A stretch of 63,966 nucleotides of DNA, the filler included, from Caldilineae bacterium (GTDB lineage: Bacteria > Chloroflexota > Anaerolineae > DTLA01): NCBI GenBank assembly GCA_037446815.1. It is 3 parts of 3 records of this genome, joined end to end, with 100 filler letters (N's around TTAATTAATTAA, not from the genome) between each part and the next. Parts side by side here need not be neighbours in the genome. Positions count along the whole stretch, not along the records: positions 29,701 to 58,837 come from JBBIHX010000024.1; 2 more parts are not named here. The stretch is one strand, 5' to 3'. This document shows positions 30,754 through 40,463 of the stretch, piece by piece. The translations under genes were made by a program, and so were the position numbers. The notes under the pieces were generated by a model. The model was not told the origin of the DNA, made no database searches, and worked only from the letters and a program-made list of their open reading frames with translations. Position 1 is the first letter of the stretch. Every line of letters begins with the position of its first letter.

Positions 30754-31809
30754 CTAGACGAGTTTGTGCCCGCAGTTGTTGCAGAACTTGGAGCCTGGGA
30801 GCACGTCCGCGCCGCAGTTGGGGCACTTGCTCTCGGTAGCCAGTTTCTGCCCGCAGTTATTGCAGAACTTGGAGCCGGCAGGCACCATCGCGCCGCAATT
30901 GGGGCACTTGATGGTGGGAGCAGCCGCAGCCGCCGGCTGGCCCTCGCGCCCCGCGCGGAGCGCGTCGGAGATGGCCCCGGCCATGGCCGCGCCGATGCCA
31001 ACGCCCGCGCCAAGCCCCACGCCCGCGCCCGTCAGCGAACCGGCCTCGCCACCCGCCGTCGCGGCGTCGCCCATGGCGCGAGCGGCCTTGAACTGCAAGT
31101 ACTTCTGCATGTCGCCGATGGCGCCCATGGCGGCCCGCTCATCAATGGCCTTGGCCGTCTCCTCGGTCGGGCTGATGTTGTTGATGAACAGGACCTTGAG
31201 CGTGATGCCCAGCGCCCTGAAGTCATCCGCCAGCCGCGCCCGAATGACCCCGGCCAACTCGTCGTACAGCGAGGGCAAATCCAGGAGCGAAGCGTTGGAC
31301 TCGCCGAGAACGTCGGTCATCCTGCCTACGATCAGCCCCCGCAAGTAGTTCTCAATCTGGGCGTTGCGGTAGATGCCCTGCGTGCCCACAACCTTGTTGA
31401 CAAACAACTGCGGGTCGGTGATTTGCATGCTGTACTGGCCGAAGGCCCGCAGCCGCACCATGCCCAGGTCCTTGTCGCGCAGCGTGATGGGTTCGGCCGT
31501 ACCCCACTTCAGGTCAAGGAACTCCCGCAGGTTGACGAAGTACACCTCAGCCTTGAAGGGCGTCTGGCCCGAAAAGGCCTTCCCGATAAGGTCCACCAGC
31601 AGCGGGACGTTGGCCGTGGTGAGCGTGTGTCGCCCCGCGCCGAAGGTATCCAGCGCCTTGCCGTCGCGGAAGAACACCGCGGCCTGGCTCTCGCGCACGA
31701 TGAGTTGCGAGCCGATGCGGAAATCGCCGGAGCCGCTTTCCGGAATGCGGTGCACCATTTCCTGCCCCGACTCGTCAAAGTACTCTATCACATCAAAAAC
31801 CCGTGCCAT
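30754..31809 (-). CDS. SPFH/band-7 (YdjI-like) protein with C-terminal double zinc ribbons
   Basis: GSQLIVRESQAAVFF, T.NVP, KWGT..PI, LRAFG.YS; two CPNCG...KFCNNCG units. Confidence 0.88.
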   Translation of the reverse strand: MARVFDVIEYFDESGQEMVHRIPESGSGDFRIGSQLIVRESQAAVFFRDGKALDTFGAGRHTLTTANVPLLVDLIGKAFSGQTPFKAEVYFVNLREFLDLKWGTAEPITLRDKDLGMVRLRAFGQYSMQITDPQLFVNKVVGTQGIYRNAQIENYLRGLIVGRMTDVLGESNASLLDLPSLYDELAGVIRARLADDFRALGITLKVLFINNISPTEETAKAIDERAAMGAIGDMQKYLQFKAARAMGDAATAGGEAGSLTGAGVGLGAGVGIGAAMAGAISDALRAGREGQPAAAAAPTIKCPNCGAMVPAGSKFCNNCGQKLATESKCPNCGADVLPGSKFCNNCGHKLV

Positions 31810-31859
31810 GGAACACTCCTTTCGTTTCGTTCAGTTTACGCCTTCGCGCCGAGCGGGGG

Positions 31860-32387
31860 CTACTGCGTCTCGCCGGTTCCCAGGATGGCTTCCTGGCGGT
31901 GGTTCAGGACCGTGTCCATATCCTGGAGGATGGTGATGAGCGCGGCGATGGCGACGTTCAGGTCCCCGCCCTCCTTGAGCGCGGTCGCGATATTGCCGAT
32001 GCCCTCTTCCACCTTGGGAACAAAGCCGAGCAACTGGTGATCGTAGTCGTAGAGGGCGTCCAACTCTTCCTCTTTGACCTTCACCGCGTCAAACAGCCCT
32101 GCGTAGCCGTAGGATGCCGTTTTCAGTCGGTCAATCAGAATCTGCAACTTGCCCACGGCTCGCTCCAGGTCGTCCACCAGGAGCAACTTCCCCGCGCTCA
32201 TGAAGTCCAGTTGCAGGCCGCTCAACCTCATGCGGAGGTCCGACAGTTGGTTGGCGATGGTGGTGCGGAGCAACTTGTCGGCCTCGCGGCGGAGTTCCTT
32301 CTGCTTGTAGCCTTTGTAGCCCGGAATCTTGCCTACCAACTCTTCAAACTTGCCCACGCTAGAACTGATTTTGCCCTTGATGTCCAT
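31860..32387 (-). CDS. Conserved helical hypothetical protein
   Basis: 175 aa, IPGYKGYKQKELRREADK and YGYAGLFDAVKV motifs; GGGAG RBS. Confidence 0.8.
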   Translation of the reverse strand: MDIKGKISSSVGKFEELVGKIPGYKGYKQKELRREADKLLRTTIANQLSDLRMRLSGLQLDFMSAGKLLLVDDLERAVGKLQILIDRLKTASYGYAGLFDAVKVKEEELDALYDYDHQLLGFVPKVEEGIGNIATALKEGGDLNVAIAALITILQDMDTVLNHRQEAILGTGETQ

Positions 32388-32504
32388 TTGTGCGCTCCCT
32401 TCTACCTTGTTGATGCTCGTCCGGTACAGATACAGCCAAACCCGCGCAGCGGTTCACGCCGACAAGTCCCACCTCCCTCTCCGAATCGCCAGCGCAGCCG
32501 CGAA

Positions 32505-32954
32505 TCAGCCGCCGGCGGTGCGCAGCCGTCGTACAGCCACCAGCAGAATTGCCACCATGACGGCCACCAGGAGGATGAGCGTGCCGGAACCGGTGTTGGG
32601 CGTGGTTTCGGCTCCTTTGGGAGCAGGTGTGGCGGTCGGCGCGGCGGTAGGCTGTCCGGGCGCGGCGGTGGCTGCGGCCGTCGGCTCCTCCGTGGACACG
32701 ACCGTCCCCACGGGCACGGGCGTGTTGGTGGGCCGCGGCGTGCGCGTTGCTGTTGGGGCAGGGGTCGGCTCCCGCGTCGGCGTTGAGATCACCGGCGTCT
32801 CGGTGGGCGCAACAGCGGCTCCTCCGCCCCCCTTCTGAATCAGCGAGTAGATACCGATGCCCAGCAGTCCGAGCAACAGCAGCCCCACCAGAGCAATCGC
32901 CACGATCACAAAAGGCCGACGCTTGCTCCCTGGTTCCAGTATCCGTGCAAACAT
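32505..32954 (-). CDS. Small membrane protein, Pro/Thr-rich linker, C-terminal LPXTG-like (TPNTG) segment
   Basis: N-terminal TM, PTAT repeats, TPNTG + hydrophobic stretch + RRLR tail. Confidence 0.7.
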   Translation of the reverse strand: MFARILEPGSKRRPFVIVAIALVGLLLLGLLGIGIYSLIQKGGGGAAVAPTETPVISTPTREPTPAPTATRTPRPTNTPVPVGTVVSTEEPTAAATAAPGQPTAAPTATPAPKGAETTPNTGSGTLILLVAVMVAILLVAVRRLRTAGG

Positions 32955-32989
32955 AGCCAATCCCCTCCTTCAGAGTTTCAGGCTCTGCC

Positions 32990-34063
32990 CTAGCCTACGA
33001 TCTCCACATTGTTCACCGGAGCCATCAGCCGGTCGCCGGAATCGGCCTGAATCTCGGCGCTCGGCAGGGCTACGCCAATGTCGTATTGAACCGGGTGCTC
33101 GGGCAGGCCGACGACAACGCCTCCCTGTCCGCGGTCGTCGCCCCGCACGATTCGGACTCGGCACCCTTCCCGCAGGAGCGCCTCCGGCTGCGATTCTGCC
33201 GCCACCACCGACGACGCCGGCACCGGAATCAGGATTTCGGGGCGGCGTGGCCTCCACGGGTCCGGGTATCCGGGGTCCACGGCCGCCTCATGCCCGATAT
33301 GGCCCATCAAAAGGTCAAACACAAAGGGATTCATGGGGCAGCGCCCGAATCCCTCCACGATGATCACCGGGAACGGCAGAGAGACCGCTGTTTCCAGCAG
33401 CGAACCCGACAGCCCTCCCAGAATCAGCCCTCTTGCCTGCATCTTGCTGACCTGGATGAGGCCTTCTGCGGTGGCGTCGGCGCCGCCGATGACAACAGCC
33501 CCCAGGCAGGACACGTCCACCCTGTCCTCGGACAGGATGTCGTCGGGCGAGTCCACGACGGCGCGCAGCACGCCGTGAGACATCTCCCCCGCGCCCCACG
33601 CGCCCTGGATCAGCGCCGCCGCCGTCTCAATCACGGCCCCGCGCTCCGGCATGACGCTGACGACGCGCCCGCTCAGATGCGCGCGAATCTCCGCCTCCTC
33701 AGTATCCGACTCCAGGAGGATTTGCGAATCGCTCATGGCCACGATGCGGCCGCTCGCTGGGGCCACAAGCGCCCGTGCCAGCAGGGTCCCCAGGCGCGGC
33801 CTTACGGCAATCGCCTCGCCGCGCTGGACGCTGTCCCCCACGTGCTTCTTGAGGAAATCGGCCACATCGCGGTTGCCCAGGCGCAAGGCGGCGCGCGCAT
33901 CCAACCGTATCAATCGGCCCGGCTTCTGGTACCGGCCGATGATGTCCACGGCGTCCACTCGGTCGTCAATGCCGACGAGGATCTTGCCCCGCGCGGGGAG
34001 CATCCGCTCCCGCCGCAGCAACGTCGCCGGCACAACGCGCGTCAGGGTGCAGTAGTGCTTCAT
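32990..34063 (-). CDS. Hypothetical protein with barrel-sandwich-hybrid-like repeats and a KOW-like C-terminus
   Basis: VGDSVQRGEAIA...APASGRI, RAHLSGRVVSV, C-terminal GCRVRIVRG...G.VV. Confidence 0.7.
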   Translation of the reverse strand: MKHYCTLTRVVPATLLRRERMLPARGKILVGIDDRVDAVDIIGRYQKPGRLIRLDARAALRLGNRDVADFLKKHVGDSVQRGEAIAVRPRLGTLLARALVAPASGRIVAMSDSQILLESDTEEAEIRAHLSGRVVSVMPERGAVIETAAALIQGAWGAGEMSHGVLRAVVDSPDDILSEDRVDVSCLGAVVIGGADATAEGLIQVSKMQARGLILGGLSGSLLETAVSLPFPVIIVEGFGRCPMNPFVFDLLMGHIGHEAAVDPGYPDPWRPRRPEILIPVPASSVVAAESQPEALLREGCRVRIVRGDDRGQGGVVVGLPEHPVQYDIGVALPSAEIQADSGDRLMAPVNNVEIVG

Positions 34064-34094
34064 TTGCCGTCGCTCTCCGTCTTCTCTGGCACGG

Positions 34095-35843
34095 TTAGTA
34101 GCCGATGTTCCATCGCCATTTCTGAATCAGGCGGCGCCTTTCCTCAGGGTCGGCGGGCAAGGTCAGCGGCCTGCCGCGCGCATCTATGACGACGCCCAGC
34201 AGTCCGCCGTCCACCTCGGCCACGGCGCCGCGCCCGCGCCGTCCCCAGCCGATGTCAAACTGCCGCGAGGGTCGCAATTCCAGCGTCGCCTTCTTCCCAG
34301 GCGGCAGCGGAATCACCTCAATGGAGCCGTAGGTTACGTCCACGCTCAAGACCTGCTTGTCGGGATAGGTGAGTCGGGCGCGCAGCACGGTTTCGCCTTC
34401 GCGCGCCGTCCCGACCGGGCAGATGAGCGTGCCCAGCGTCAGCAGCGCGTCGTGCTCCAGCACCTGGGCGGCCGCCATGGGCTGAACGGCTCCCACCGCG
34501 CTCAGCACCTTGGTAAGCCCCACCGGGTCGGCCGCAAGCGTGCAGACGCCGATGGGTTGCAAGGCGTCCAAGAGCATCAGGGCGCTTTGCGCGAAATTGG
34601 CCTGGCGCGGCAGGAACCCGCCCGACAGGACGATGACGTCCCACATCGGCGGCAGGTCCGGGTACGGGCGGTGCGAATTCGTCGCCCACGTGGGCATGGC
34701 CCGCTCCGCCGCCAGGCGCAGCGCTTCGCGGGCCAGCGCCTGTTCCACCTCCACGCCCAGCGGCGCCATGGCCGACGAGCGCGGGTAGATGCCCTTGGTC
34801 AACGCGATGCTCCTGACCTCCTCTTCCGTCGCCCCCTCGTCAATCACCCACCGCGACACGGCCGACGGCGAGGCATCCGCCAGGACGCGCCCCGCTCCCA
34901 AGCCGACGCCCCACCCGCTGCCCACCGTCAGGCCAAATTGCCCGCCCAGCACCGACGCCAGCACCGTCTGGCTGGAGCCGATGTCCACGCCCAGCACGTT
35001 GAGGCCGTACTGCTCCGCGAGGAACTGCACGATTTCCCCGAAGGCTTTCGGGCCTGGAACCACCGAGATGGGGCTCCACGCGCTCAAGCGGCCAAACCCG
35101 GGCAGGCGGGCCATCTTCCGATCCGCATAGAGCGTCTCCAGTTCCTCAATCAGCGGGCCGAGTTGTTCGGTATCCAGGCGGGGCCGTATGTTGTCAACGG
35201 GATGGAAATTGATTACGCCGGCGGCCTTCTCGGCGATAAGGGCGCGCGCGTTGACATTGCCCGCGAACACCAGTTCCGGGCGCCGCTCCCGCTCCAGCAA
35301 CTTGCCCGCCAGGGCGACGGCGTCGGCCAGCGCCCCGATGGCCTGGACTGCGCCGCCCTCGGTGCCGCCCACCAACACCACCACATCGGGGCGAATCTGC
35401 CGGATGAGGTTGATGGGCTCGACGGGGTCGGCCCCTTCGCCCAGCGAGACCGTGCCTTCCAGCAGCGACGGAACCCACGACAGCACCTTCCGCGCGCTGG
35501 CTACGCTCATCTCGGGCACCAGCCCGGCCAGGATGACGCGCAGGGGCGGCCCCGCGCTCGCCGTGGCCACGAAGGCGTCTACCCCCGAGCCATCGGAGCG
35601 CTCCGGGCGGATGAGTTTCTCGTCCTCGTCCAACAGGCGCTTTCCGGTAAGGCTCTCCAACTGGCGTATGGCCTGAATCACGCCGACGACAACGTCATTG
35701 GCCGGATCCACGACGGACGTCGGCGCCTCGCCCGCGGCGATGAACCGATACTGGTCGTCCACAACGTCAAGCAGGAAGACCCGCGTGCTGGACGCGCCGC
35801 AGTCTGCCGCCAGAATGGACTCTATCGCGTAACTCTCTGTCAT
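34095..35843 (-). CDS. GlmL/MutL (glutamate mutase L)-family ASKHA protein with C-terminal extension
   Basis: DCGASSTR, SAGPPL, PDVVVLVGGTEGG, NIRP, DIGSSQT, IDARGRPL. Confidence 0.8.
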   Translation of the reverse strand: MTESYAIESILAADCGASSTRVFLLDVVDDQYRFIAAGEAPTSVVDPANDVVVGVIQAIRQLESLTGKRLLDEDEKLIRPERSDGSGVDAFVATASAGPPLRVILAGLVPEMSVASARKVLSWVPSLLEGTVSLGEGADPVEPINLIRQIRPDVVVLVGGTEGGAVQAIGALADAVALAGKLLERERRPELVFAGNVNARALIAEKAAGVINFHPVDNIRPRLDTEQLGPLIEELETLYADRKMARLPGFGRLSAWSPISVVPGPKAFGEIVQFLAEQYGLNVLGVDIGSSQTVLASVLGGQFGLTVGSGWGVGLGAGRVLADASPSAVSRWVIDEGATEEEVRSIALTKGIYPRSSAMAPLGVEVEQALAREALRLAAERAMPTWATNSHRPYPDLPPMWDVIVLSGGFLPRQANFAQSALMLLDALQPIGVCTLAADPVGLTKVLSAVGAVQPMAAAQVLEHDALLTLGTLICPVGTAREGETVLRARLTYPDKQVLSVDVTYGSIEVIPLPPGKKATLELRPSRQFDIGWGRRGRGAVAEVDGGLLGVVIDARGRPLTLPADPEERRRLIQKWRWNIGY

Positions 35844-35863
35844 GTCTCAACCCCGGGTTGGCG

Positions 35864-36529
35864 CTATCGTAACGATTTGGGAACTTCCGTGATCAGGAAT
35901 TGCAATCGGCCGATGAGCAGGGACAGGCGCGCCATAACCGTGCTGGCGAAGATGGCCCCGAACGTCAGCATGATGAACCACTTGCCGAGGCCGCGCCAGG
36001 CGCGCAGGAATCCGGCCCGCACCCGTCCCACAGGCGTGTCGCCCTGCCCCGTGAAGTAGAAATATCCCAGCGCGCTCACCGTCGCAATCACCAGGACGAG
36101 ATTGCTCAACGCGGCGCCCCAACCCCCGTCGGCGGGGTTCACCGACAGCATGGAGCCTTCCATCTGCGGGAGAACGGAGCCGAACAGGGCCCCGCCGATG
36201 GCCAGCGCCACGCCCACGCCCAACAGAAACGCCAGGGGGATCATCCCCGCGCCGCGCCAACTGTGATTGAGCCGCGCCAACAGGAGCACCGCCAATAGGA
36301 GCGGCACGACCAGCGTCCAATTCTCCAGCGGCGCCTTCAGCAGCGGCAGAATCAGCCGCGGCCGCAACAGGGTGTAGTACGCCACCAGGACGGCATAACC
36401 GACCGCCGTTCCCACAAACAGATGCTCGGCCAGACGGTACAGCGGGTTGTCGCCCAGCAGGTAACTGAGCACCATCACGGTCAATAGTGCGGAAATCCAG
36501 ACGCCGACGAGATTACCCACATCGCTCAT
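35864..36529 (-). CDS. Multi-pass membrane protein
   Basis: About 6 hydrophobic helices; SYLLGDNPLYRLAEHLFVG, FIMLTFGAIFA. Confidence 0.85.
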   Translation of the reverse strand: MSDVGNLVGVWISALLTVMVLSYLLGDNPLYRLAEHLFVGTAVGYAVLVAYYTLLRPRLILPLLKAPLENWTLVVPLLLAVLLLARLNHSWRGAGMIPLAFLLGVGVALAIGGALFGSVLPQMEGSMLSVNPADGGWGAALSNLVLVIATVSALGYFYFTGQGDTPVGRVRAGFLRAWRGLGKWFIMLTFGAIFASTVMARLSLLIGRLQFLITEVPKSLR

Positions 36530-38674
36530 GACCGTCCCCCTAACAGGCGCTTGCCCCAGTAGGCGAGATTGCCGAGCACGATCAACACGACGATGGCCAG
36601 GTGGCCCAGGGATTGCGCTTCAATGGCCGCCCTGTCTTCGGCTCCGAGCGGCGTCTCGGGCGAGACCGTCCGCCGATAGGCCAGCCCGCCGACCCACCCG
36701 CTCACCAGGCCGGACAGTTGGCCGGAGGCGTAGTACGGGCGCACCAGGGGTTCGGCCGCCCCGCTGACGATGGCGCAGATGGGCGTGTCCACCTGGCTGC
36801 CCACCTGCTCCACCCACCACCGCACCGCATCCTGCGACGCCGCCGCCGTGATGATGAGCGCCACATCGCCCAGCGACTGAACCCCCAGGGCCGACGCCTG
36901 AACTTCCCTCCCTTCGTAGTCCACCAGGAACGCGCCTGCGAAACTCGTCGCCAGGCGCTGCAGGCCGATCTCCTGCCCAGGCAGGTATCCCAGGAGCGTG
37001 GCGGTCTCGCCAAGCCCCATACGGGCGGCCAGGCCAGGCCCTGTCGGCGTGGTGCTCATCACCAGGAGCCGGGCGCCCTTCGCCTTGAGGTCATTCACGA
37101 CCTCGCGCACCGGCCAGTCCAGTTCCGTGGACGTGGAGGGGTCGTAGTCCAGCGAAAGGAGCACGACCGCGCCGGGCTGGATATCTTGGACGCGGGCGGC
37201 GAAATCGGCCACGGGCCGAACGACGGGCACGGCGTCGCCACCCGGCACCAGGTTGGGCGCGAAGATGGGAATCAGCACCGCCGCCAGCAGGAGCAGAAAC
37301 GCCAGCCACGGAAGCCCTCGCTCGCGGCGCGGTACAGGAACAGCCTGCGCCCCCACCGATGCCGCGGTGGAGCGCGCCAGCACGCGGCTCATGGTCTCGG
37401 CGTGGGCCGGCGTAACCGCCGCGACCTCAGACACCGCCCGCACCCACTGGCCGGGCCCGGGGTCAACGGCGGGCACAAAGCGCAGCGCGCCCCGCACGCC
37501 TTCCAGGACGCCTTCGGTCTCTACCGGCTCCTCGGCGGGAACCTCCTCGCCCTCTCTCTTGCGGCCGGGCCGCAGCACCTCCAGCCAGGACGGGATTGCC
37601 GCGCGCTCCAGGCCCACCTCTTCGGGCGTCGGCTTTCCGGGCGCGCCAAGCATCGGCCCCAGTTCCTCGGGCAATACGACGGCCTCCGACGCCAGCGTCT
37701 CCAGCCAGGCCGGGACTTCAGGCCCCAGCGCCCTCGGCTGCGGCTCGCCTCCCGCCTCCTCGGCCTCCTCCTCGCTCAATTCCAGGATGACCGGCCCCTC
37801 GTCCTGAAGCCACGCCGCCAGCGACTCTTGCTCTTCTTCGGCAGGAGGCTGTCCCACCTCGGTCAGCGCGGGAACTCCCTCGGCAAGCGCCCCAGGCTCC
37901 TCGCTCGGCGCAACCTCCTCGGCTAAGGTCTCAATCGGCGCGGGTTCGCCCGGCTGCGCTTCGGGCCGCTCTTCCTCTTCCGGCGCTGGGGGAGCGGGGA
38001 CTTCGCCCTCTCCCGCTTCCGCAGGCGCCGCGCCTAACTCCCGAAGCCAGTCGGGGAGTTCCTCCTCCGGAATCTCCTCGGGCGCTTCGGCTTCGGGTTC
38101 TTCTCGGGCCGTCGGTTCCTCCCCCGCCGTCTCCGCCGCGAACACCTCGGCCGCGGGTTCGGCGCGCTCCTCGCCNNNNNNNNNNNNNNNNNNNNNNNNN
38201 NNNNNNNNNNNNNNNNNNNNNNNNNNNNNNNNNNNNNNNNNNNNNNNNNNNNNNNNNNNNNNNNNNNNNNNNNNNTTCGGCCGCGGGTTCCTCTTGGGGC
38301 GTCGGTTCCTCTGCTTCCGTCTCGCCCAGGCTGGCCCGAAGGCGCGCCAGCCAGTCCGGAACTTCCTCCTCACCCTCGGGTTCGGAGGGTTCCTGCGGCA
38401 TCTCGGTTTCCGCATCCGGCTGCTCGTCGTCCTCCAGGGGTTTTGTCGGCAGCGAAAGCCCCTTCAGGCTGGGTTTTTCCCGTTCCTCCACGCCCGGGGT
38501 TACCAGGGGAGCGAGTTTTGCCCCGCACGTGTCGCAGAAGATGTTCTCAATCGGATTCTCCGCGCCGCAGAACGGGCACGTCGCCTTGGAGCCGGCCCCA
38601 AGCCTCTGCCCGCACTGGTTGCAGAAACTGCTCCCGTCTCGGTTCGCGGTTCCGCAGTTTGGACAGTAAATCAT
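36526..38674 (-). CDS. Large membrane protein: double zinc ribbon, acidic PxWL-repeat linker, extracytoplasmic domain; spans the scaffold gap
   Basis: CPNC...CNQC and CPFC...CDTC at the start (38674); after the gap, PDWL/PAWL/PSWL repeats, TM, DYDPSTSTEL, PYYASGQL, C-terminal TM. Confidence 0.75.
38176..38275. other. Scaffold gap (100 N) in low-complexity coding sequence
   Basis: Both flanks contain TCGGCCGCGGGTTC. Confidence 0.95.
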
Positions 38675-38697
38675 GGACTTTCCCCCAAGAAAACGCT

Positions 38698-39327
38698 CTA
38701 TTCGGCGTGGGGACGGTCAATCCCCAGGAGCACCCGCAAGCCGGTCAGCACTGTTCCCAGCGCCACGCCCAGGATGATGCCCCGCGCGCCGCCCGTGCTC
38801 GGGTAGGTGAGAATCCAGTCCTTCGCCGCCGCGATGCGCTCCCAGATGGCTTGGCCCAGCGGCACCTGGCCCAAGAGCACGATAATCCCGGCGACTAGCA
38901 TGATGAAGGAATCCACGCTCCGAACGCGGAAGGCGCGATAGGCCGCCGACGCGATGAAGAAGGCCGTCAGGGCGAACAGGGTTGCCTGCAACGGCACGTG
39001 CACGTAGAGGAACAGCCACGAGACCGCGGGCGACGCCACCCCACGCGGGTCGGAGAACCCCAGCAGAACCACCGTGCCGAGGGCCGCCAGCAGAAACAGG
39101 CTGTACACCCAGCCCGCGCGCCGCCCGCGAATCTTGCGCAGGTGTGTCGTAACGACGTTCACCGCGCCCAGCAGCAGCGCCACCGCCGCCAGAATCATCG
39201 CCCAGTCCAGAAGGGTCTGCTGCACGCGGCGCAGGAACTCGTTCCGCACGAAGAAGTTCGCCAGGACGAGAAGCCCCGTGCCGATGGTGATGGCTATCGC
39301 CAAACTCCGCCCAAACCTGACCCTCAT
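38698..39327 (-). CDS. Multi-pass membrane protein
   Basis: PLQATLFALTAFFIASAAYRAFR, GARGIILGVALG...LRVLLGIDRP; GGAGG RBS. Confidence 0.85.
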   Translation of the reverse strand: MRVRFGRSLAIAITIGTGLLVLANFFVRNEFLRRVQQTLLDWAMILAAVALLLGAVNVVTTHLRKIRGRRAGWVYSLFLLAALGTVVLLGFSDPRGVASPAVSWLFLYVHVPLQATLFALTAFFIASAAYRAFRVRSVDSFIMLVAGIIVLLGQVPLGQAIWERIAAAKDWILTYPSTGGARGIILGVALGTVLTGLRVLLGIDRPHAE

Positions 39328-39341
39328 CGCGCCCTCCATGC

Positions 39342-40118
39342 CTAGAGCGAACGCAGCAACACGCCAACCAAGATGGTCAGTATCAGGAACACGCGCAGCC
39401 AGTCCTGCGCGCGCAGGCTTGCGATGTGGACGGCTTTCGGTCGCAGGTACGCGCCCACGGCGAACATCTCCTCACCGATGAGCGCTTCGTCGGCCGTCGC
39501 GTGGACGAACGGGAGCACCTGCGGGTCTGCCGCGCCCACAATTTGGGGCACGCGGGATTTGACGCCCGTCTCGCCCATGAGCAGGTATTCGGCCCCAAAG
39601 CGCCCTACCATGAGGTTCGCAGCCACCCGCTCGCCCAACAGGATGTCCATGACACCCGCAGCGTATGCCGTCGGGTCCGGAGCCACCATGCGCGCTTCCG
39701 GCTCGCGCACCTGATACTGGTACGGGTGGCCCTGCCACGTGCGCCAGGAGATGTCCTGCGCCAGGGGCAGCAGGGTCGGGTCCGACACCGTAACGATGAG
39801 AGGCGCGCCGCACGCGGTGGACTGCTCCGCAACGTGCCCCATCAGCGCAACCCCCGCCAGGCTCTCCGCCGTGCTGGGGTCTGCGATGCCGCCGACGCCG
39901 AGGGACATGTGGATCGGCTTGCCCGTCTCGGCGCTCTGCCCGATAAGGGCGCGCAGGTACTCAAACGCGCGGATGGGGCGCAAGGAGACGCGCTTGCCCG
40001 CGCGCACCTGCAACGTGAACAGCGCCAGCAGCGGCAAGATAACCAGGAGCAAGACGAACATGAGCGCCTGCTTGTCGGTGATGCCGGAGTTGCGCAGCAG
40101 TTCCAGGATACTGTCCAT
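39342..40118 (-). CDS. DUF6754-like membrane protein
   Basis: TM, LRPIRAF...IGQSAETGKPIH, LIGEEMFAVGAYL, ASLRAQDWLR, C-terminal TM. Confidence 0.75.
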   Translation of the reverse strand: MDSILELLRNSGITDKQALMFVLLLVILPLLALFTLQVRAGKRVSLRPIRAFEYLRALIGQSAETGKPIHMSLGVGGIADPSTAESLAGVALMGHVAEQSTACGAPLIVTVSDPTLLPLAQDISWRTWQGHPYQYQVREPEARMVAPDPTAYAAGVMDILLGERVAANLMVGRFGAEYLLMGETGVKSRVPQIVGAADPQVLPFVHATADEALIGEEMFAVGAYLRPKAVHIASLRAQDWLRVFLILTILVGVLLRSL

Positions 40119-40135
40119 GCGTCCTCTCCCGACCT

Positions 40136-40390
40136 CTACGAAGGCTCCTCAATGCGGCGAATGATGCGCTCCACGGTGTCTCTGTCTTCCAGCGCGCAGG
40201 CCCAATCGTGCGCGAGTCGGCCCTGACCCGCCACGCGCAGAAGCGGCTCCAGGAACACCAGCGCCTGGCTTCCCAGAAAGGCCAGCGGGCTGTGCGACTC
40301 CAGCAGGAAGACGGCGGGGGCCTCCAGTCCCCACGCCTTCACCTGCGCCGCAAGACGCTCTACCAGGGCTTCGCGCTCATCCGTCGGCAA
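40136..40390 (-). CDS. Small conserved hypothetical protein
   Basis: 84 aa; GLEAPAVFLLES..PL..LGSQ; upstream extended -10 TGcTATACT at about 40438-40446. Confidence 0.7.
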   Translation of the reverse strand: MPTDEREALVERLAAQVKAWGLEAPAVFLLESHSPLAFLGSQALVFLEPLLRVAGQGRLAHDWACALEDRDTVERIIRRIEEPS

Positions 40391-40463
40391 GGCACACCCC
40401 CGAACCCCATCGGTTTCCCGCTGTGGGATTTACATATAGTATAGCACAACTCTCTCACTTTTT

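Noticed and set aside
36526..38674. Apparent frameshift or pseudogene
   Set aside because: The frame change coincides with the 100-N gap of arbitrary length.
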